Shown: positions 50,412 through 61,419 of the stretch, piece by piece
How positions within the stretch are numbered: the stretch's first letter is position 1
Layout: the number at the start of each line of letters is the position of its first letter
Assembly (NCBI GenBank): GCA_040143965.1
Contig: JASJQH010000006.1
Coordinates: 1 to 61,419, forward strand
Direction: 5' to 3'
Length of the DNA stretch: 61,419 nt
Source of the DNA: Basidiobolus ranarum
Lineage: Eukaryota
Translations under genes and position numbers: made by a program
Notes under the pieces: model-generated
Seen by the model: only the letters and a program-made list of their open reading frames with translations
Databases searched by the model: none
What the model was told of the DNA's origin: nothing

Positions 50412-51287
50412 ATGGCAATATCTAACAACACCGAAGACCAATTGCCCAACATGGTCTGGTATCTCGGTCAGTAGCTCTATTATTAATATTCGTCATTTTA
50501 TACTATATACTTATATTCTTTCTTTCGTATAGCGTATGGCGCCAACATGAGCAAAGACGTATTGACAGGACGTCGTCAAGTGAAGCCCATTCGATCTGTA
50601 CCAGTTCGCGTACCTGGCTATTATTTAGCCTTTGACCTTCCGGGTATGCCATACATTGAACCTGGATTTGCTTCTATTCGTTCTTTTCCCAGTGACCCCG
50701 AAGACTCATCAGAAACAAGATTCTTCCCAGTAACTCGTAACAAACGTGAAAGTGCTCCAGTGGTTCATGGAGTAGCTCACTTGATTACCGCAGAGGATTT
50801 CCGTCAAGTCCAATTAACCGAAGGTGGTGGAGGAAGCACAGAATATGGCTATCAAGTCAAGATAGTCGAATGCGAATCTTACACTAAAGAAAAGATCAAT
50901 GCACATACTTTGATGTCGCATGATCATTGTATTCGACCAAGTTTACCCTCACTAAGGTATTTAACCATCCTCAGAGTCGGTTCAAAGGAGCATGAAGTTG
51001 ATCCAGAGTTCCGAGAGTACTTGGACGATTTGTTACATTTTGAAGCACATTCTTGGCGCCAGAAGATTGGGAAATACATATTCTTCATGATTCTCATACC
51101 AATTTTTGGTCCCATACTACTTTTGAGAGGCTTATCCAAGAAGGGTGGCGAAGGGATGGGATCAATCTTCCACTGGTGGTGGCATCTCTTGGGTCATTTC
51201 ATTTGGATTCTACACGATCAATTTTTTGAGCCATTGTTAGGAAATGGCGGATCTTCTGAGTTTCAAGCCAAGCTTAAGAGCATTTAA
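50412..51287 (+). CDS. Gamma-glutamylcyclotransferase-fold protein (GliK-like) with a C-terminal hydrophobic segment; intron 50468-50532
   Basis: Spliced 'VWYLAYGANMS', 'PGMPYIEPGFASI', 'VHGVAHLITAEDF...TEGGG...Y' and 'PSLRYL'. Confidence 0.83.
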
Positions 51288-51492
51288 ATATTTTCACTTA
51301 CATTAACACATTGAACCAAATATTTGAAGCTTGCTATTAGTTCGGTCTTTGACATACCTGTACATGTATACTATTTAATAATATATTCCTTTTGTTAACT
51401 AAAGTACACTCTGAATATGTATGCTTTGTTCTGAGGTTCTTTTGTAGCACTCACATATTTTAACCAAAAATTAAAATATAGCATGCAGAACT

Positions 51493-53872
51493 TTATTTTT
51501 TTTTGCCAACTCGTTCCGTCTTGTTGCTAACAGTTTTGCCTAATCCACGATACTTCTGCGCATCTTTGCGACTCATTCGAGTTTGGTTTCTAGTTCCTTT
51601 ACCTCCTTCCCAATGTCCACCACTCGCTGCAGAAGAGGACACAAGGAGACGTCCACAGGAGTTACATGGGCGCGAGGGGTGAAATGACTGGGAGGAACTA
51701 CAGTATCCACATATCATTCTGCTTGCAAACTGAATGTTGCGTTGGTTATAGTATAAATGATTATGATAAGTAAATAGAAATTACCTGTGTTTCATGATCA
51801 CTCTTATCATCGTGACATTCATCACATGGGAATGATTTACCACAACTAAAGAAAAAACTAGACATCAGTTAGCTGCTTCATTTAAAAGGATATGAGTGAA
51901 CATTACCAAGGAAAGGTGAGCCACCTGTAGCTTTTTTTGTAATGTTTACATGTTCCTTTATCAGGTAAATGTTGTCCAGGAACTAGTCCTAGCTCTTCCA
52001 ATTCTTTCTTCTTCTTCTTTTTAAGGCCAGCTGTAGCACTATCAGATAATTTCAAGTTAAGTCTAGCGTGCTCTGCAACAGAGGTAAAGCGCACAACTTC
52101 GGCAGAAAACGTATAGTTGTTATGGCAAATGTGGCATCTTTGAGTGAACATCTTGGACTTTGCCAATCTACGCGCCGTAATTCCATTCGGTGTAATGGTA
52201 TTTTCTTCATCATCTGGTACTGGGCATGAGCTACATGTCAATCTGTATGTAGAAGGAAGCAGATCGTAAGGTTGGAAAATGTATGGCGGATGTATAACAA
52301 TTGTTCCAAGAATATCAGAATTTTGATGAAGCATGCCTAAAGTTGGGGAATGGCGTTAGTTTAAAAATCGATTTGGTCTAATCATGACTTAACATACCAG
52401 GTTGAAATTTAACAGTAACTGGTAATCCTCCACACTTTCCATTTGTGCACATTTTACTCATTTCCTTCCCAGGTACCAAGTCCATATCAACGGTGCATGT
52501 GGATTTCATTGCTGTTGTACATTTGACACATTTTATGCTTAATGATAACAAGATGCATTCCACTAAAGCTACTCCCTCCATGTGCGAATCGAGGATTTTA
52601 ATGTCATAACATCCAACATTTCCCGTGTTTTTGAGTTTTTCTTCTTTGTCTTCCGAATCCTCTTTTTTCTGTTCGTTAGATTTCATATCGGTTTCAGATG
52701 GGCGGTATAAAGGTATCTCTCCTGTCACGTTGGATATAGCTAAACTATCATCCGATTCCACTTGTGATATTCTGACAGAATTGGAAAAAAGATCATTTAA
52801 ACCATCAGGATCTTCTTTCGATAATACCGGTTTATCATGCTTGGGCCCATTGTTTCGTACAAACTTGATAGTAGCACTGGAGGTAGTTGGTGGTGCCACG
52901 GCAGGGATTGGTTTTGGTGGTGGTATATCTGCAACTTTCTCGACTAGAAGATTAGAGAGTTCTCTATCAAGTTTATTCAGCAAGGGTCTTAGTATTTGGA
53001 TTGTTCCGTTTTGTGAACGAGCGCGCAGAAAACCTGGTGGTGAGACTAGTAATCGTTCAGCATCTTGATTCAAGAAATTTACCACGCTCCTATAATTATT
53101 TAAAGTTGATTTATGGTGCGTAATATTCATTTAACTCCAAGTGTACTTACTTTTTCAATGATTTCGGGATTTCATCGTTTAAAACTTCGAATAATGGAAC
53201 TCCCTCTTTTGAATTTTCATTGGTATTATAGTACTTCTCAGGTAAAGATATGTTGAGTTCAAGAGACTCAAGCTCAAAAGGAAACTCGGGATCGCTTGGA
53301 ACCAGTTTAATTTTGAAGGAAGGGGCAACTTTTGTCGAGGTAGAGTTAAATTCAAATGAATCTTTGAATCGACGCTGAATTTGTTTAAGCTCAGTGTGTC
53401 TTGTTAATTGTGCACTCTGAGAAACAACAATATCCGATTTTTCTGTAACAATCTCTCCCATTTCTCTATTTGGTGTATTTGCAGACTCATCAACTTTTGT
53501 GGTAAGTTGTAGGAGTTGATCCTTTGATAAATTTTGCTCGTCATTATTACTTACAGAAGCTTCCTTATTTTTGTTTGGAATCTTATTCCGTCTAGTGCGA
53601 GTTCTTTTAGTTGTATTTCCTGGAGTTGGATTTTCTGTATGCAAGAAGCGGCAACGATCACCAAACCTACAACCTGAGGGGGTCGAGAAAAATTTGCATG
53701 TTGAAGACTTATTTGATTCTCCTGGAGGGTTTCTGCGGCGAGTGGATTTATAAGATTTCGAAGATTGTTTATTCTCCCCCTGTGGTTGTTCAGCTGTTGG
53801 ACTATCCGAATTCAAGTTAGCATCGTTGAAGGTAGTGTTTGCATGGAGTTGGTCTTGCTCTGAGCCTGACAT
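51493..53872 (-). CDS. CCCH + CHY zinc-finger protein, about 5 exons
   Basis: CCCH 'CKFFSTPSGCRFGDRCRFLH', 'PSDPEFPFELESL', and CHY 'CKHYKKSYRWLTFPC|CGKSFPCDECHD...MICGYCS...CNSCG...HWEGGKGTR...MSRKD'. Confidence 0.85.
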
Positions 53873-54148
53873 GGTGGATGGTTAAAAGAGCTTTAAATTC
53901 GGTTTCAAGATTTCCTGACTTTCATGATATAACTCACGTGAGAGACTACGTTAATCTTCTAGACTAGTAGATGTCGAGATGTCATAAAATTTGCAACTGG
54001 TAGTTAAGTGAAGCTATTAAACAAGCAAAGTAAATATTGATTTTTGTATGGTTAAATGCATGATGATCTAGGTGTACTTAGTGATGATCAAATCAGTAAC
54101 GATAATGCAGAGTTAGTGGGCTTGTTCTAACATAAACGAAGATTGTTG

Positions 54149-54210
54149 TATTTCCTTGAATTTATGTCTTGATCTCTAGTTCTATTTCCTTGCATTCATG
54201 TCTTGATCTC
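54149..54210 (+). repeat. Imperfect tandem duplication, 34-bp period, ~1.8 copies
   Basis: TATTTCCTTGAATTTATGTCTTGATCTC versus TATTTCCTTGCATTCATGTCTTGATCTC (2 mismatches in 28). Confidence 0.8.
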
Positions 54211-54498
54211 CTTATTGCTCCACCTATCACATTTATATCACGGCTGATTAAATATATATCGACTTAATAACTACTTATATATAGAGACATTGATTGTGAA
54301 TGCCTTTGTGAATGCTATTTTCCATACATCTATCAACTATCGATGGTACATGTATTCCTATTTTTAAGAGTTTATGAGGTGCTTTAGGCAATTCATACAA
54401 CTCTTGCAAATCACTGATTCCGCTGTCTGAGCTCTTCATATTTAAGAGACTCCTAACTCCAATAGTAACAAATACCTTCAATAACCTTATTCCACACA

Positions 54499-55212
54499 AT
54501 GAGACTGACAGCCAGAAAAAGTGAACAAAGCTACCTTTTTTCCTTTATACCGCTTCATGTTGCATGCTTGATTAGCCAAGCTGGACTTGGGGTAAGTTGT
54601 ATGCGTAGTATCTATTCAGCTCAATTTGTCAATAACAAGTACTAGGTGGTGGCTTTAGTCCTTCTACTATTAACGGTTTACAGGAAATTACCGGTGAACG
54701 GTATGGCTGATCTGCACTCTGACTTTGGAGAGGTGGTGAGGTATTTTGCCATCATGTGTCATGGCCTCAATATATGTGTAGGGGTATTTGGTATATTCAG
54801 TGTTGTAGTGGCGGAGATTTCGGTGCAGATAATCTCAGTTTATTTGGCATTGTTTGCCATCGTTTGGGATCTGACCATGATGATACTCGAAGGTGTAACT
54901 GGCGAAATACTACTACCAATTCTTATAGGGATCGAGGTAGGTGTCTGTCTAAATCCATTCAAATACCCAGTCAAGCTACCCACAAGCTAACAAATACATT
55001 TGACTCATTAGCTGATCCTGACTATCTTCGGTATTCATTCTCTCTACCGTTATGGGAGAGAAATACGTGGCGTTCAAACAAACTTCGAACAGTATCGGCG
55101 CCAGATGGCTGCAAATGCTCACATTCGAAAAAGAGAGAAATCACTAGAGAAATCTAGCATTAATGTTACCAGAGTTTATATTGACAACTCTTCTGACTCG
55201 CTGTCAATCTGA
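54499..55212 (+). CDS. Uncharacterised four-TM membrane protein (~194 aa). Exons 54499-54591, 54646-54936, 55012-55212
   Basis: Two phase-0 GT-AG introns join three frames into one ORF with four hydrophobic segments; AATAAA follows just after the stop. Confidence 0.72.
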
Positions 55213-55566
55213 TTAATAAATGTTTTGTAATATCTTAACTATTGAATTTCTCGATGATTTCGGGGTTACAGTGACGTTGATTTTCAAATTAATACACAGT
55301 CCTGATGACAGTTCATCAATGGAGTGGCGAATGACTAGAGGGCTACGACTTCGACGATAGTGATGAAGTCCATAATTTTCGACATACTACTCTATTTCCT
55401 TGATTTTTGTATGTTTGGCAGTGTATGTCATGATGTCCTATCCGACGTACCCCCATTTCCAAATTGAATTTTACTCTCACTTGTTTCTTCTCTCTCTGTC
55501 TTGTGTTGTGCTATTACCATTTCTCCATTTCATATCAATTTAGTACCTCTAAGTAAATAGACAAAA

Positions 55567-56733
<1,167 letters not shown>

Positions 56734-57087
56734 ATTTACTGAGTAATGCAGTCTTTCTTTTTTCCCTCGAATTGAGGCCATTTCATTCGATACGAAGCAA
56801 TAAATTATTCTCATTGGTATCATTGTTACAACGAGAGTTAACCAATATCTATTCTTCTACGTCGGTTACTCAGTATCTACTCTTATTTAACAATCCAACA
56901 TCGACTTTTACTCGTGTATTTATTTACTTCATCTCCGAAATAACTTATGTTCATTGAGTGAAAAATGGGGGTCTTTGTACGAAAAGAAAAATGCTCATAG
57001 TTAATCGATGAAATGGAATGGAATCATAGTATAATTATTTGTATCAGATAAGCGGGGGCTTTCTAACACTCCACAGTTACATGATAT

Positions 57088-60000
57088 CTAAGAGGACTTG
57101 GACATTTTTCTGGCATTTACGAAAGCACGCCCGGATTCGCGTTCTGGGAGAATATAAGAAATATCATCCCAAGGATGTCTGTAGAGGCCTTGCTTGAGAC
57201 GCTTCTGATCAATGTAATGACCAATGAAACCGATGCTTCTGCCAAGTACAAAGAGACCGTTCAATGTACCAATGCGTACATATTCATCGGCTTCTTCGCG
57301 TGAGAAAGCACCACTGTTGCGAAGGAGATCGACAAAGAGAACACCGATTGCTCCATCTACGTTAAGAATGAGATTATCCTTCTTGGAAGTGGTGATTTGC
57401 TCGACAGCAAGAGCGTAATCAAGGATAGGAGTGGCTGGGAAGTGCGTCTTGGCATACTCGGTGATAATACTAACACGTAAATCAGGGTTGTTACGAGATT
57501 TGATCTTATGGCCAATACCTAAAATCAATTTGTTTTGTTTACGCATAGAATCCACAAACTCACGTGGAGTCAAGTTTTGATCATAAGCATCAGAGAATAA
57601 TTGGGCAGCACCATCCAAAGCACCTCCAAATCTGTCACCAATGGTCAAAAGACCAGATACTAGAGAACTGACCAAATCTTTACCCGCACGAGCAGTAACA
57701 ATGGTGTTATGGGCACCAGAAACGGCTGGACCGTGATCAGCAGTCAACATCAAAATCATCTCAACAAACTTGGCAGCATAGTCGGGAAGACGACGTTTGA
57801 ACCACAAAAGACTGAGTACACCTCCAACACCAATGTTTTGTTCGAAGACTTCACTAATACGCATACCAGCATACAAAAGTTCCTGACCACGATCATCACA
57901 AATGGTGGATACGAAGGAAGCAGGCTTTCTAACTAATCCAAGCTCCATAGCCCAGTTATAATCAATTGGGATCTTGGGAGGCTCGGGTTCAGCAAATGGC
58001 ACAATAACACCAGCGTCTACAAGTCTTTGGAAGGTTTGGTTGAGAACCAATGGTAACTCTTCGAAGGTATCAGGTACAATAACACCAGCAGCACGAAGGC
58101 CACGGTTCTTGGCATCGGCAGTTTCACCATCGGAATTGGCGCAAGCACCAGCGTGACCAAATTGAACTTCAGTTTGGAACATACTTGCGCAGGTACCAAT
58201 GCACCATGCGACTACAGGTTTGCGGATCTTGCCAGACTTAACGGCCTCAGCAACTCTGTATTCCTCAACTCCACCAACCTCGCCCAACAAGACGAGCATC
58301 TTGCAATTGGGATCAGCCTCATATCTGAGCAAATGATCAATAAAAGTAGATCCAGGATAACGATCTCCTCCAATAGCAACACCTTCGTAGACACCATCGG
58401 TAGAGCGACTGATGATGTTGTTCAATTCGTTAGACATACCTCCAGACTTGGAAACATAACCAACAGAACCAGGACGGTACAATTTAGAAGAAACAATGTT
58501 ATCCATCATACCACCAGTGTTTCCGATCTTGAAGCAACCGGGCTTAATTCCGCCAACAGTAGCGGGACCAATAATTAAAACACCCTTTTGATTGGCAAGA
58601 TGAAGGATTTGACGGGCTCTTCTTTCTGGGACACCCTCAGCAATAATGGCAACACTCTTAATTTGGTTAGAGTATTCCATAATTTCAACAGTTGAGGAGT
58701 AAACAGATCTACTAGAAGCAAAGTTGACAACAGTGTCAACATCGGAATGCTTACGAATGGCTTCCTCAAGAGACTTGTAAACAGGGATTAAAGTCTCTTT
58801 GGTTCCCCAGTAGAATTTCTGATTGTGATTACCTCCGAATGGATAAACCATGGCGGCAACAGATGAGGTTGTACGACCACAGATGAAGTCGAAATCAAGC
58901 ATACCTTGAACAGCACGGGTTTGAAGACCGTAGACAATCGCTCTGGTAGACTTGGAGAAAGGTCTGTACCAAGGGTGCTCTTCGGTTTTAACCTCAGGGA
59001 AATAAGTCATGTTCTCTTGACCACCCTTAGGAGTTTCTTTGGTAGGTGAGGGAAGAGCAGAAGATTGGGCAGAAGCGGATTGGCTAGGAGTAGCGACAGT
59101 AAGCTTTTTGCTGCTCTCAACGGAAGGATCGATACCCTTTAATGCTAAAGGTACGATGGCTGTAACATGAGTCTCGGGTCCATAAACCTTGATCTCAACA
59201 CCCAAGGTTTGTCCGAGTTCACGCATAGCGCGAAGTCCTTCTTGGTAATTAGGACCAGCACGTCTGATGAAGATCTTTACATTGTGGAAAATCAACTTTT
59301 GTTGGAACTCTTTAAGAGCACGAATGATACCCTTGAAAGTAGTAGCAACATTGGTAAAATTGGCAATACCACCACCAATAATGAGCACCTTTCCTTCAGG
59401 ATGTGGAGTGGCACTACGAGTCATTAAATCCAAAATAATCTTGGCATATTCGTAGGTCTGGGTTTCGGTAGGGGCACCGGAGTATTCACCATAGTTAGCA
59501 AGCTCGTTGGCATAACCCAACGCAGCAATTGCATCACTGTAAACAACTGAGGCACCACCTCCAGCAACCATGGTCCAAATACGACCATCCTTGTTAAGAA
59601 CAGTGAGCTTCAAACTGGCACCGGTCTTGGCGTCGAGATTCTGGATGTAAGCCTCTTCTTTGGTGAGGTCACGACCGAAGGGGGCTGGGAACTCCATAGG
59701 TGGGCCTTGATCAATGGTTTGTTGCTCAGATGCACCAGTACCCTTGCGAGCAATAGCCCACTTTGAGCCAGCTTCAAACTCACCAGTTTGATCAAGCTTA
59801 GCAGCAAGATCCAAGTAATATACTTGAGGTGCTTGACCGTTTTCTCCATCAACGACAACAAGAGGATTGATTTCAAGATAAGTGAAATGAAGGTCTACAT
59901 AGACGGAATAAAGACGAGTGATAAAATCAACCAAGACATCTTGCTTCTCTTGAGGAACATTAATGAGTAGTTCTTTCTTGATCACTTCAGCTGAAGCAAA

Positions 60001-60631
60001 GTCAGCATTGACACCAACGGTATATTTAACAGCCTTGGAGTCAACATCACCAACTTCAATACCACCTTCATGATGGAAAAGAATTATATCGCCCTCACGA
60101 ACAGATTGAATACAAATATAGTATTCAGTATCTTGACTGTGAGGAACAAAAGGTTCGATAAGGAAGGTTTTAAGAACACCAGCAACACCGTCAACCTTTG
60201 AAGAAACAATGATATTTGGCTGGTCAGTCAGTGAAAAATTAAGGATATGTGGATAAGATATCACTTACAACGACCTCTTTTCCAGCGTGCTCGGTAATCC
60301 AGGATCTGACTGTATTCCAGTTAGCATTTAACAAAAGAAGGCCACTCTTTCCACGACGTTTAATAAGTTGGTCAGGTTTGGCAACAAGTTTGTCAGTGAG
60401 TACCCAAGGGTGACTAACTTCAATTTGGTCTAGAGAAGTTTGAATGAAAGTGGCTAAGCCAGCAGGGCTCTCTGGGGCCTTTGTTGTGTCAATTTTAACT
60501 TGCGCTAATTTGGTAGCAGCTGGGGCAAAAGCAGAGATTGATGGAGTAGCACCGGGCAAAACGGGCGAATTCAAAAGCCAATGAGCAAGAAGATGCTTTC
60601 CATCAAATTCGCGGATGGCTTTAGCAGACAT
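57088..60631 (-). CDS. ACL1: ATP-citrate lyase, single-chain (fused) form; one intron ~60197-60268
   Basis: '[12 protein letters not shown]...[14 protein letters not shown]', '[13 protein letters not shown]', phospho-His 'QFGHAGA' and '[13 protein letters not shown]' citryl-CoA lyase domain, all in one ORF. Confidence 0.98.
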
Positions 60632-61283
60632 ATCTATGAATTTCTAATATAAAAGTATATAGGAAGTGAACGTAACTATAGTACTTTTGTTAAATAGATA
60701 TGACACTCTTAATAAGAAAAGTGAAAAATCCAAGTCAACAAATGCTTGTTGTGTTCATTCTGAGTCAGTCAGACTCCTTTTAAACCCCTTCCCTTCCATC
60801 AAAATCACAACATTGTCCAACAGCCCCAAAAAGTTCAATTTTTCGTTTCACTCTTACAAATTGGAATTATTCATTCATTATTGGCCTGTATTGCTTTTCA
60901 TACTGCTCAAGAGGGCTTTCTATTGGATCGGAACAGACTATTCAGTGGCAGATGGTATTTTGGAATAAGCCGCATAAGGTCTATCGACCTCGCAGTCATT
61001 CACGATTTCCGATGGATTTCCGATGGATTTCAAACCAGTAATATCGGCCACACTACGCTTGTCCTACCGTATCATCAAAGTCAATCCGTTACCAAGCGCA
61101 CATCAGGGTCATTAGAAGGTGAAAAGATGTTACTGAACATGTGGCATGTTAGTTCGGTGTAATGCATATTTTAGTGTCTTGAAATGATGAGTCATTCATC
61201 AAGCGCTGATAGGTACGAGGGCACGGGTGTATTCTTGTGTATTCTTTATCAGATTTAATTTCTTATGGCCAATAGATCTGCCT

Positions 61284-61301
61284 TAGCCCTAACCCTAACC
61301 C
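61284..61301 (-). repeat. Interstitial telomere-like motif (GGG)TTAGGGTTAGGGCTA
   Basis: Plus strand reads TAGCCCTAACCCTAACCC. Confidence 0.55.
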
Positions 61302-61419
61302 ATCATCTTTAATTGGTGTTAGAATATCACTAGCGCGCATTTATTGTAGATAGATACCGCAGAGATACATGCAAATGACAACTTGGCGATGTAAAGTGAA
61401 TGAAGATGGACGTTAATCT

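Noticed and set aside
54057..54100. Two RTGATGA C-box-like motifs
   Set aside because: No suitably spaced CTGA D box or terminal stem, so a snoRNA is not supported.
55300..55372. CTGATGA / ATGA...AA...GA, suggestive of a hammerhead ribozyme or SECIS near TRR1
   Set aside because: No GAAA core or proper stems. It lies upstream of TRR1, which is a low-MW Cys-type enzyme with no in-frame TGA.

Overview
Gene-dense, AT-rich eukaryotic DNA with many short GT-AG introns, from an early-diverging (non-Dikarya) fungus; Zoopagomycota or Mucoromycota is inferred from ROD/KNTC1, Rab4, single-chain ATP-citrate lyase and an Fe-S-type RPC34. I can reconstruct about 25 protein-coding genes: a double-PAS protein, a WOPR (Gti1/Pac2) factor, a Kre9/KNH-domain secreted protein, PKA regulatory subunit, COX6B, m-AAA protease, PacC, a GNAT, NSRP1/CCDC55, a triple-KH RNA-binding protein, NCS-1, a LIM protein, Rab4, an APSES/ankyrin (MBF) factor, Gcn4/CPC-1, RPC34, ROD, a small C2H2 protein, TVP18, RPP0, RPL34, a GGCT/GliK-like protein, a CCCH/CHY protein, an orphan 4-TM protein, thioredoxin reductase and ACL. 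TVP18 is absent from the ORF track and several others appear there only as fragments. I found no tRNA, rRNA, CRISPR or intact transposon. The most notable items are: a doubly frameshifted AT-rich PD-(D/E)XK nuclease-like gene; a Rab4 with His at the catalytic Gln; a fungal ROD kinetochore gene; a uORF-laden Gcn4 leader; three transcription factors each preceded by their own family's binding site; and a poly-C tract between two poly(A) signals downstream of a poly(C)-binding-type KH gene. I did not find a clearly novel multi-gene system. Family calls come from motif recognition, not database searches.
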